This document shows positions 56,115 to 64,000 of a stretch of DNA of 64,000 bases, piece after piece. The DNA lies in sequence record MH252123.1. One strand, 5' to 3'. A program made the position numbers and the translations under genes. The first letter of the stretch is position 1. Each line of letters starts with the position of its first letter. Origin of the DNA: Klebsiella phage ZCKP1. The notes beneath the pieces were generated by a model. That model saw only the letters and a list, made by a program, of their open reading frames with translations. It was not told the DNA's origin and did no database searches.

Positions 56115-56908
56115 TATTCCTCCTTTCTAATGTTCTCCAGAACCCACTGAAGCTCTTTTAAACTTAAACTTCTTACTCCCGCAGTTTTACTAGCTTCGGC
56201 TTTAAGTAACGGGTAAGCCTCAATGATACGCGTTTTAAGATCAGAAGTCAAGGCTTTTAAAAAATAGGTAGATGCTTCAGATAAAGAATCTTCTTCTGAT
56301 AACACTTTACCTGCACTTGCTCCCGCTCTCCTAACGGCTATGTCGTAGTCTTTACTGTTGCCTAATACGAATAGTCGATTTTCTCCTAAAACAACGGGAG
56401 AACGCTTCTCGTTGCGTTTAATCCATACCTGGAATACACAAGGAACATCCCAAGGTTCTCCATGAAGAATAAAAGATCCTTTTGGACATTCTTCTTCGTA
56501 AAGAAGATGCATGTGGGGATTTAGTTTGTGTGCAAAAAAGATTTTTTGAAATGTGCGAGGCAAGATAAAACAAATACCACCTTCGTTATCCAGCATTTCA
56601 GCACAATGGTTAAAGAACTTAATGGCAAGACTAGCATTTTTTCCAAATGGAGGATTACCGACAAAAGCAGTTACACTACCAACAGATTCAACAGATTGAG
56701 CTAAAAAATCTGCCTCAATACAATCTTCAAACTTAGGGTCAATATCAAAAGAAGTTATGTTTTTAAAACAAGAAGAGAAAGCTCCTTCTCCCGCAGATGG
56801 TTCTACGTAGTTAGCTTCCTCTCCAAAAATTTCTTTGATCTTATCACATAAGAACCCCGCATAAGCGGGGTTAGTGTAATATTGATCAAGTGTGTTCAAC
56901 TTGCTCAA
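56114..56908 (-). CDS. N6-adenine DNA methyltransferase (orphan)
   Basis: motif I YVEPSAGEGAF and motif IV VGNPPFGKN (gamma-class order); stop TAG overlaps polymerase GTG start (TAGTG). Confidence 0.7.
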   Translation of the reverse strand: MSKLNTLDQYYTNPAYAGFLCDKIKEIFGEEANYVEPSAGEGAFSSCFKNITSFDIDPKFEDCIEADFLAQSVESVGSVTAFVGNPPFGKNASLAIKFFNHCAEMLDNEGGICFILPRTFQKIFFAHKLNPHMHLLYEEECPKGSFILHGEPWDVPCVFQVWIKRNEKRSPVVLGENRLFVLGNSKDYDIAVRRAGASAGKVLSEEDSLSEASTYFLKALTSDLKTRIIEAYPLLKAEASKTAGVRSLSLKELQWVLENIRKEE

Positions 56909-56917
56909 TAGTCCTCC

Positions 56918-57349
56918 TTAGTTGTTAGCGAACTCAATAGTGAGGTCAACTTTACCATCATCAGAAATAACCATGTTTTTGGTATTTTTAAAGATGATAT
57001 CTACTTTACCTTCACTTACACGACAGAATGCAACACCATCTGCAACTTTATCAATATAATATTTGTAAGAAAGAATACCTACTTTACTACGACCAGCACC
57101 TTTTGTGAAAGAAGGGCTTACATCGAAACGGAAACCTTTAGAAGAAACAACACGGTAAGAACGTCCAGTTGGAAGATGTTCAATAACAGAGACATTGTTC
57201 TCAACAACTTTTACAGCAAACTCTTCAGGATGATCCTCAACAATCATGTGTGGGATGGCAAATGCCAACGCTTGTTTGTGTTTAATAACACCAGCACCCA
57301 GAGCACCAGCAGCTTTAACTTTTGCATTCAGATCGATTGTCATACGCAT
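56918..57349 (-). CDS. hypothetical protein
   Basis: 143-aa ORF between primase-helicase and methyltransferase. Confidence 0.4.
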   Translation of the reverse strand: MRMTIDLNAKVKAAGALGAGVIKHKQALAFAIPHMIVEDHPEEFAVKVVENNVSVIEHLPTGRSYRVVSSKGFRFDVSPSFTKGAGRSKVGILSYKYYIDKVADGVAFCRVSEGKVDIIFKNTKNMVISDDGKVDLTIEFANN

Positions 57350-57427
57350 TTTTACTTCTCCTCTTGTTTGGTTGATGAGACAAGTATAAGTCCCTTCCGC
57401 AAAGTTGTCAACAGGTATTTTTAATAA

Positions 57428-57448
57428 AAGGGCCGAAGCCCTTAGTAG
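57428..57448 (-). terminator. hairpin terminator after primase-helicase gene
   Basis: minus strand reads GGGCTTCGGCCC followed by TTTTATTAAAAAT. Confidence 0.5.
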
Positions 57449-59220
57449 TTGCTATCCGTAGGCAAATTAGCAGGATTGTTGAAATACTGCTCTTTGTCAT
57501 GCAGAGTTGCAGTTCTAATATCATAGTAAAACTGCCCTGCCGGACCCGTTTCCGAGAACTCACGGTTTTTTAGGATAAAGCAATGAGTCGTATTGCGTTC
57601 TACAGGGTCTTCAGCGGCTTTATCTCGTTCCAAAGCCAAGGTAATACCAGCACCTTTAGCCAAGAAACTACTACCCATTGCATCGTCCTCTGTTAAGTGT
57701 TCATTGCCACCATTAGCCGACTTCTTAACGTGTGAGATGACGATAATGGTTATAGCATACTCTTTCATGATGCGCTTCAACCATGTTGCTAACTCTTCCT
57801 GGGCTTGAACATCCATACCAGAAAGCAAATCAGAATAAGGGTCGATAACAAGAATTGTTACTCCAAAATAGATGATCATCTCCAAAACTTTTTCTTTGAT
57901 AGACTCCACATCTGCTCCACGATCATCACACACATAAAAACGTGGTGATCCATCTTCTCTTTCGTAAAAATCTAGGATTTTTTCTTTATTCTCTTCCAAG
58001 ATTTGAAATTTCTCTTCCGGTGTTTTCCTGTGTAGAGGAATATGCAAGAAAGAGGACAACAGGTTACGAGAATATTTCTTATAAGTTGCTTCCAAGGACA
58101 GAATACCTAGGGTATGTTCTGGGTGTGCAACGATAATATGTTTGGTGATCTCGTTCACCATCAAAGTTTTACCGATACTGGTCTTTGCCAGGATGACTGT
58201 AATCTCTTCCTCTACTAAACCACCACCCAGCATATTTGCAGCAACACGCATAAAAGGAGGCAAGGTAATCATCTTGGATTCCAAGCATTCTAGTGCAGCT
58301 TCATACAAGACATTAGAAGCATAAACACCTGCGGGAGTGTATAGACGAGCACTCCAAAAAGCTTTTACGAAATCCTTTGCACGACCTTCTTCCAGATACT
58401 GATTGGCATCCTTGAGATCCATCTGCATACGGTAGACTTTGTTACGAGGCAGCACCTTAACAATATTTTCAAATGCCTCATTACCTGCTTTGTCGTTATC
58501 CATGCAAACAATAATCTTCTTAAATTTTTCAAAGAAAGGATATTGTGCCTGGACTTGTTTATACATACTGGTTTCACCAGTTGTGCCACTTACTACAGCT
58601 GGAAGCTCATATTTACTGTCCAAGTTTTCAGATAGCATTTGATAAGCTGCCAGAGCATCGTGTTCACCACCTGTAATCACAACAGTATGAGAACGGTCTG
58701 CAAAACGAATTTGTCCAAAAAGATCTACATCTTTACCTACTTGACCAATAGGTTTACTGAAATCTTTAGGATGAATACGACGCTTAAAACCAACCAATTC
58801 TTTACCGATGGTAGTCGGATATAAACAACTTTCTACTACCATCTGATCCCCTTCCTGACGGTATTCATAACGAACACCATAGAAAGATGAAACTTTTTCT
58901 TTAATGCCTCGATAACCACGTGGGTTGGTTGATGTTTCTTGAACAATTTTACGATGAATCTGTTTATTAAATTCCGAACCCACAATCTCCTCCTCTTCTT
59001 CTAAAACTTCACCATTTTCTCGTAACCATTCTACGCTAGGAATAGTGTATTCACACGCAAAGCACTTAGCACCTTTATGCTCTCCATTAGAATCTAATCC
59101 ATAAACCATCAGGTTATTACGAGAGCGATCCTTGCCATTTTTCATGCAGCGCGGACAACCTGTATGTCCTTCCTTGCTAAGATCAACATCAAATCCATAT
59201 TTAGTTATAATGTGCGACAC
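57442..59220 (-). CDS. bifunctional DNA primase-helicase (T7 gp4-like)
   Basis: N-terminal zinc finger CPRC...CFAC, TOPRIM VVITGGEHDALAAY, helicase Walker A ILAKTSIGKT and Walker B ILVIDPYSDL. Confidence 0.8.
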   Translation of the reverse strand: MSHIITKYGFDVDLSKEGHTGCPRCMKNGKDRSRNNLMVYGLDSNGEHKGAKCFACEYTIPSVEWLRENGEVLEEEEEIVGSEFNKQIHRKIVQETSTNPRGYRGIKEKVSSFYGVRYEYRQEGDQMVVESCLYPTTIGKELVGFKRRIHPKDFSKPIGQVGKDVDLFGQIRFADRSHTVVITGGEHDALAAYQMLSENLDSKYELPAVVSGTTGETSMYKQVQAQYPFFEKFKKIIVCMDNDKAGNEAFENIVKVLPRNKVYRMQMDLKDANQYLEEGRAKDFVKAFWSARLYTPAGVYASNVLYEAALECLESKMITLPPFMRVAANMLGGGLVEEEITVILAKTSIGKTLMVNEITKHIIVAHPEHTLGILSLEATYKKYSRNLLSSFLHIPLHRKTPEEKFQILEENKEKILDFYEREDGSPRFYVCDDRGADVESIKEKVLEMIIYFGVTILVIDPYSDLLSGMDVQAQEELATWLKRIMKEYAITIIVISHVKKSANGGNEHLTEDDAMGSSFLAKGAGITLALERDKAAEDPVERNTTHCFILKNREFSETGPAGQFYYDIRTATLHDKEQYFNNPANLPTDSNY

Positions 59221-59232
59221 TTTGTTCTCCTG

Positions 59233-59511
59233 TTAAAATGGTTCGTTAGTCTCCATCATATATTCTGCTTCTAGTTCTTCCATGTGCTTTCTAAATTGGA
59301 AAGCAATTTCTGCTACAGTTACATTTAAATCTTTTTCAAAAACTTCTGTAGATCCTTCATAAAAACGAATACCGTCAATTAAAAGCCCTCCGTGGTAATC
59401 CCAATCGCTTTCACGAGAAAGTGGATTAGGTTCTTCATAATAGTAATCCACCTCCACGACCAAGGCTTTCCCGTTACGAGTGGTGTATTCAAAATCAAAA
59501 GTGTTAATCAT
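59233..59511 (-). CDS. hypothetical protein
   Basis: 92-aa ORF. Confidence 0.4.
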   Translation of the reverse strand: MINTFDFEYTTRNGKALVVEVDYYYEEPNPLSRESDWDYHGGLLIDGIRFYEGSTEVFEKDLNVTVAEIAFQFRKHMEELEAEYMMETNEPF

Positions 59512-60455
59512 TATAGCTCCTCAAATAAAAGTCTACGACGCTCATTCAACACATCAATGTGATAATGAGTCCTGACATACTTAGCTAATGCTAATCCTTT
59601 CTCCATGCAAACATCGGGAGCACTTAATAAGTATTCCGTAATATCTTTCCACTCGGAAGGTGTTTCAGCAAAGAATAACAAATCTTTAAACTCTTGTGTA
59701 TGATAATTCTCACGAGGAGAGCAGATTAAAGGTAAACCCTTAGCACCTGCCTCAAGAATTTTAAGATTGCTTTTTGCATTATTAAACACGTTATCGATCA
59801 ATGGTGCAAGACTGATTTGATGACCATCGTAAGATTCCATGTAGTTGGCATATGGTCTTACACCTTCATAAACACAAGTTGGTGCTACATTTTCTCTGAT
59901 TACAGACCATTCACGACTACTTAAAACTTCGGAATCCCTACGAAAACCACATATTGTAAGATCTTTACCAAAATCGGGCAAGATAGCCAAATCTTGTTTA
60001 TGTGTTTCACTTCCAGCCCAGACTAATGGAGTTTTGGAGTAGCGATCACGGGTCAACACAAATTGACCTTCATCGTAAGGAAGTCCATTAGGGATTATGT
60101 GCACATTATCATTGTATTGTGAAAGTTCAACTTGCAAGGCAGGTGTCGTAGTTGTAACAAGATCACTGTGCTCTAAAAACCATTTTAAATGTTCACGAAT
60201 ACCTGATTCAAAAATACCTTCTAACATGTGTCCTTTTGGAATAACTAAAGAGTCATCCAAATCCATAACCATTTTAAAGCCCAGGTTTTTAAGGGCTAAA
60301 AAGCCCTCTTTACCTTTTGTTGGCACTCCGTTAAAAACGAAAACGTTGTGTTTAGGTTGTGAAGAGAACTGCCTTGAGTAAGGCAGCACTACCCTATGGA
60401 AATCGCAGACACTATAATTGATTCCGTTACGATTGTCAAGAATTATTTGTCCCAT
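59511..60455 (-). CDS. glycosyltransferase (GT-B fold, GT1/GT4-like), paralog A
   Basis: C-terminal KSNLKILEAGAKGLPLICSP (E-x7-E-like sugar-donor motif); RBS AGGTGA; paralogous to next gene. Confidence 0.6.
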   Translation of the reverse strand: MGQIILDNRNGINYSVCDFHRVVLPYSRQFSSQPKHNVFVFNGVPTKGKEGFLALKNLGFKMVMDLDDSLVIPKGHMLEGIFESGIREHLKWFLEHSDLVTTTTPALQVELSQYNDNVHIIPNGLPYDEGQFVLTRDRYSKTPLVWAGSETHKQDLAILPDFGKDLTICGFRRDSEVLSSREWSVIRENVAPTCVYEGVRPYANYMESYDGHQISLAPLIDNVFNNAKSNLKILEAGAKGLPLICSPRENYHTQEFKDLLFFAETPSEWKDITEYLLSAPDVCMEKGLALAKYVRTHYHIDVLNERRRLLFEEL

Positions 60456-60462
60456 ACTTCAC

Positions 60463-61410
60463 CTACAAACTTTCAATGACCTGGCGTCGCAATTCGTTTG
60501 CATCTGCCAGATTATAATGTGTTCGAACATGTTCCGCTAAGAACAAGCCGCGATCTTCCCGATAGTTCGGATTGCGAAGAAGCTTAACAATTTCGTAATG
60601 CCATTCTGCTTTATTCTCTGCATAAGCAACAGCGCGAGCATCTACAGGGTTAAAATAAGGTAATACCTTAGAACAAACAATCGGAATACCTTTTGCCCCA
60701 GCTTCAAGGATTTTGAGATTACTTTTACAATTATTAAAATCATTATCTACCAAAGGAGCTATAGCAATAGCATGACTTTCGTAAACACTCATGTAATTAT
60801 CTAAATCTTTTACAGCAGCTTTATATTTGGCATTTGGTAAATTTCTGCGAATCTTAATCCACTCTTGTCCTGTGATGCTTTGTGATGCTTCATATCCCGC
60901 AATAGTAAGAAGTTCATCATCGAAAGTATTAGAGACTAGTCGTAAGTCGGGTTCGTGACTAGCACCGCCAGCCCATACAACAGGGGTACCGGATGAACGA
61001 TCATTTGACAAAGTGAATTGTCCACTATCAAAAGGAAGTGCATTTCGGATCACAACAACATTCCTATTTAAGTGACGGATCTTATATGCCAAATATTCCG
61101 TAGTCACAATGACCACATCAGCAAGCTTAATCATAGCCACAATAGCGTGAGTGTTTGACTCATATAAACTTGCTAAATAATGTTCTGGATTAAGTTGGTA
61201 GAAATCATCTAAATCTACAACAATTTTAACACCTTGACGTTTCAGGGACAGAACATATTCTGCACCTTTAGAATGAATACGGTTAAACACGACAACATCT
61301 TTCTTAGGCTGAAAATTATTGTTGTTAAATGGTATAACAATACGATGATAATCACAACCGCTGTGAGGTTTTGCATCAATTTTCAGTTTAGTCCATTTTT
61401 TATTTGACAT
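60463..61410 (-). CDS. glycosyltransferase (GT-B fold), paralog B
   Basis: KSNLKILEAGAKGIPIVCSK and CDYHRIVIPF vs paralog A CDFHRVVLPY; start at internal ATG (MSNKKW) after GGAGG; track ORF extends to 61449. Confidence 0.55.
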   Translation of the reverse strand: MSNKKWTKLKIDAKPHSGCDYHRIVIPFNNNNFQPKKDVVVFNRIHSKGAEYVLSLKRQGVKIVVDLDDFYQLNPEHYLASLYESNTHAIVAMIKLADVVIVTTEYLAYKIRHLNRNVVVIRNALPFDSGQFTLSNDRSSGTPVVWAGGASHEPDLRLVSNTFDDELLTIAGYEASQSITGQEWIKIRRNLPNAKYKAAVKDLDNYMSVYESHAIAIAPLVDNDFNNCKSNLKILEAGAKGIPIVCSKVLPYFNPVDARAVAYAENKAEWHYEIVKLLRNPNYREDRGLFLAEHVRTHYNLADANELRRQVIESL

Positions 61411-62083
61411 GTGCCAGTGCCTCCTCATAAGAAATTCGGATTTTCCCATTTTTAATATCTTCTAAAGACGCTTTATATTCTTCCCAGTTAATGCCAATAG
61501 CAGCTTCTTTCTCTTCTTTTGTCAGGTTAGCAAAAGGCATAGGATTGTTTCCAAAAACATCGTCTGGGTGGATATAAGCCATGATACGAAGTGGACAAGG
61601 TATTGCCTGAATACCCTGATTCAAACCAGCAGCTTTCAAACGGTGTACCCATTCAGCATCTTCAAAACCATAGCCGTGAGTGTAAGGGCGGAAATAACCC
61701 ATCTTCTCAACAACGGCACGAGAATACATTGCAAATTGACACATTGCAAGCTCCCAGAGAATAACTTCTCCTTTACTCCCAACAACTTTATCTTTGAAAT
61801 ACTCCGGCATACCAAAGAAATCCCATCCTCCAGAGACAGCTTGATCTACAAAATATGTTTCCCATCCCTCTATGATTGGGTAGCAATCGTCGTCAAAAAT
61901 AAACCAATAATCATAACCTTCTTCATAAAACTGGTGCATAAGTTCATTCCTGGCATAAGCTACACCTTTACGATCTGGATCGTTGAATACTCGAAAATCT
62001 GCACGTGGATCTGTTACAAGGTAGTCTTTAAGTGGACGGACACCGACAGTGATAACACCCACTCCGATTTTAATATTTTCCAT
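61400..62083 (-). CDS. glycosyltransferase-like protein (DxD type)
   Basis: WFIFDDDCYP acidic DxD-like motif, N-terminal Rossmann-like beta strand. Confidence 0.45.
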   Translation of the reverse strand: MENIKIGVGVITVGVRPLKDYLVTDPRADFRVFNDPDRKGVAYARNELMHQFYEEGYDYWFIFDDDCYPIIEGWETYFVDQAVSGGWDFFGMPEYFKDKVVGSKGEVILWELAMCQFAMYSRAVVEKMGYFRPYTHGYGFEDAEWVHRLKAAGLNQGIQAIPCPLRIMAYIHPDDVFGNNPMPFANLTKEEKEAAIGINWEEYKASLEDIKNGKIRISYEEALAHVK

Positions 62084-62091
62084 TTTCTCTC

Positions 62092-62655
62092 CTAAATAGT
62101 TTTACTGTGATCGTGACAGTGTAATAAATGATGTATAGACCGTTGAGGATTTGTTTGACCTAACCTGTAAATGTGAAACAGATACATTCCCCGCATCAAT
62201 CCTAACCTCTTTCCTTTTTCATGTAAAGTGCGAGAGAAAATTAAGTCGAATTGGATAGATTTTTCTTCGAAAGGAATTTCATTCCACAATGATTTTCTAA
62301 AAAGCAAAAAGAAACCTGCCAGAGGTGTTCCGAAAGGAACTTCTTCAACACTCACTTTATGATATTCTCTTGCAATCTTAGCATATTCTATATGGTTTAG
62401 AATATCTGGATCATCGTTAATTTGGTTAGAGAAAAGCTGATAACCACTGCCTAACCTGTTACAAGTTGCACCTATTACATCAAAAGGCGGGTTTGACATA
62501 ACAAGCTCTTCAAGCATAGATGGTTGATCAGGTAGGAGGAACATTGTATCGGTATCTCTTAAACACACCCAACTATCATCTGGAAGAACGGCAATGGCTT
62601 CATTGATAGCCTTGCCGATATTTCCTGTCAGATAGGGAGTAATATAATAAATCAT
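62092..62655 (-). CDS. GT-A-like glycosyltransferase
   Basis: LRDTDTMFL DxD-like motif; RBS GGAGGGGAGA before ATG. Confidence 0.45.
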   Translation of the reverse strand: MIYYITPYLTGNIGKAINEAIAVLPDDSWVCLRDTDTMFLLPDQPSMLEELVMSNPPFDVIGATCNRLGSGYQLFSNQINDDPDILNHIEYAKIAREYHKVSVEEVPFGTPLAGFFLLFRKSLWNEIPFEEKSIQFDLIFSRTLHEKGKRLGLMRGMYLFHIYRLGQTNPQRSIHHLLHCHDHSKTI

Positions 62656-62671
62656 TCTCCCCTCCGTTATA

Positions 62672-62863
62672 TTAACTGTCGGCTACAATCCCACGTTTAA
62701 TCATTTCTTGTTGAATCTGGATGACACGATCTCGTGCTTCCATATATTCTTTAAAAGATTCTTGGAGATGGTCACGGGCTACGTCCCGTAGTTTAATAAG
62801 TTTGTCGTTTGTCACTTCTTGAAGAGAGATCTCGCCAGTTTCATTGGTCCCAAGCGTTTTCAT
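62672..62863 (-). CDS. hypothetical small protein
   Basis: 63-aa ORF. Confidence 0.3.
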   Translation of the reverse strand: MKTLGTNETGEISLQEVTNDKLIKLRDVARDHLQESFKEYMEARDRVIQIQQEMIKRGIVADS

Positions 62864-63119
62864 TTACAACCTCCTTAATAGCTACTGCACAGTTCTTACA
62901 AATACATTGACCTTTGTTTTTAGAAATTTCAATGTAAGGTTCATTTTCGTTTTCTCCGCGTCGTGAATCGTATATTACTGTATTGAAGCAGACAACGCAA
63001 ATGTTTTTAATAACGACATATTTTTGCACTTTCTGTTTAGTGCGAAAATTGACTTCAATGACTTCTCCCATCAGTGAATCTCCCCTAAAATGTTGTTTTG
63101 AGACATTACTGCGGAGCAT
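62841..63119 (-). CDS. zinc-ribbon small protein
   Basis: CVVCF...CICKNC. Confidence 0.3.
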   Translation of the reverse strand: MLRSNVSKQHFRGDSLMGEVIEVNFRTKQKVQKYVVIKNICVVCFNTVIYDSRRGENENEPYIEISKNKGQCICKNCAVAIKEVVNENAWDQ

Positions 63120-63418
63120 TCTACAGCATCATGAGTCCTTGCAAAACGCTCCCACAACACAGCATCTACTTTAAGAACCATACAAGGATAAATACTGTCG
63201 TTGATCATGTCAATGCTATATTTATCTACATCCTTTTCATCTTCCATAAACAAAGTAGCGTATGCTTCCAAATGTTTACGGGTGTAGTATACGTCTTCTT
63301 CGGTAAGACCGACAACCAGGTAACTTGCTACAACAACAGTATTATCTTCTTGCATTTTAACTCCCCTTTGGTAGATAGAAACCATGCACTTTATCTCGAT
63401 AAACAAGACGCATATCAC
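63071..63418 (-). CDS. hypothetical protein
   Basis: 115-aa ORF. Confidence 0.35.
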   Translation of the reverse strand: MICVLFIEIKCMVSIYQRGVKMQEDNTVVVASYLVVGLTEEDVYYTRKHLEAYATLFMEDEKDVDKYSIDMINDSIYPCMVLKVDAVLWERFARTHDAVECSAVMSQNNILGEIH

Positions 63419-63878
63419 GTTCCCAGTGTGTCCTTATATTCCGTTTCTTGAAGTATAGAGCACCTTTAGTAACATCTAAAACAGACCGCAATTCAGGAAA
63501 ATGTTTCTCTAAATAAAGTAAACGCTCCGCTATTGCTTTTGCTTCCTGCCACTTATCTTTCTCTGTTACGTTAAAAGTTTTCGCATATGAGAATTGCCCT
63601 TTCTGGAACAAGACTTCTCTGACTGTGTTAGGGAAGTAGGTATCATTTCTTCTGTTGATTACCACATTCCCAACGGCATTCATTCCTTTTTTACCCAGAC
63701 CGCGACCTTCTGCGTAAATTGCACAAGCTAATAGAATTTTATCATTATATTGCTTTGTACATTTGTGAACTACTTTAGCGGTTTTTACGTTTGCAGCTTC
63801 GGCTTTCGCCACAACAGGTGTAAATGTAAAAGCAGTTAAGGATAGTAACGCAACTGTTACAAAGTTTTTTATCAGCAA
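63357..63878 (-). CDS. secreted SleB/CwlJ-family cell-wall hydrolase (candidate endolysin)
   Basis: signal peptide MLIKNFVTVALLSLTAFTFTPVVAKA; hydrolase_2 signature LACAIYAEGRGLG...NVVINR; TTG start after AGGAGG. Confidence 0.6.
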   Translation of the reverse strand: MLIKNFVTVALLSLTAFTFTPVVAKAEAANVKTAKVVHKCTKQYNDKILLACAIYAEGRGLGKKGMNAVGNVVINRRNDTYFPNTVREVLFQKGQFSYAKTFNVTEKDKWQEAKAIAERLLYLEKHFPELRSVLDVTKGALYFKKRNIRTHWERDMRLVYRDKVHGFYLPKGS

Positions 63879-63917
63879 ATTTTGCCTCCTTTTTAAGTTA
63901 ACGAATTTCTAGTATAA

Positions 63918-63946
63918 CACGATAGAGGCTTTATTGCAAGAGGGGG
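63918..63946 (-). promoter_or_regulatory. sigma70 promoter for the leftward DNA-metabolism operon
   Basis: minus strand reads TTGCAA, 17 nt, TATACT about 35 nt upstream of the hydrolase start. Confidence 0.5.
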
Positions 63947-64000
63947 ATTTCTCCCCCTCAAAATCATTTGTTAATTATTATGGACATTCATACCATTCTT

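Noticed and set aside
61568-62095. 175-aa plus-strand ORF
   Set aside because: Antisense to the DxD glycosyltransferase gene; no start context.
1-64000. Prophage/integrative element (integrase, att sites)
   Set aside because: No tyrosine or serine recombinase signature, no repressor/Cro pair, no host genes at either end; consistent with a virulent phage genome segment.

Overview
This 64-kb window reads as a contiguous piece of a virulent, tailed (contractile-tail) enterobacterial phage genome. It is AT-rich with E. coli-like codon usage, shows no integrase and no host flanks.

It is organised as follows:
- (i) 1-5.3 kb, minus strand: early genes. These include a three-gene RNA-repair set (P-loop polynucleotide kinase, T4 RnlA-like RNA ligase, calcineurin-like phosphoesterase) plus a receiver-like protein and many small ORFs.
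- (ii) 5.3-5.8 kb: a divergent AT-rich control region with a GTACT repeat array.
- (iii) 6.7-9.5 kb: an array of about 14 tRNA genes, all with CCA encoded, driven by repeated AACTATTGACAA-type sigma70 promoters. A HigA-like antitoxin/HTH gene with an upstream palindrome sits in the middle.
- (iv) 10.1-11 kb: overlapping i-/o-spanin genes.
- (v) 11-49.7 kb, plus strand: the morphogenesis block. It contains a large terminase with a mini-intein inside its Walker-A loop, a portal, scaffold, lambda D/E-like decoration and major capsid proteins, tail sheath and tube, tape measure, and Mu/P2-like baseplate genes (hub, V-like spike, W/gp25-like, J-like, I-like). A roughly 9-kb insert of large receptor-binding or depolymerase-like proteins interrupts the baseplate genes. 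Tail fibers follow, including a collagen-like repeat fiber and an RCC1/Big_2 protein.
- (vi) 49.7-63.9 kb, minus strand: the DNA-metabolism block. It contains an HNH endonuclease, SSB, a minimal CCA-adding-like nucleotidyltransferase, a family-A DNA polymerase interrupted after motif A by a LAGLIDADG intein, an N6-adenine methyltransferase, a T7 gp4-like primase-helicase, four consecutive glycosyltransferase genes (candidate DNA hypermodification) and a SleB-like cell-wall hydrolase.

All calls rest on motif reading of the six-frame translations and DNA by eye; no database search was possible.
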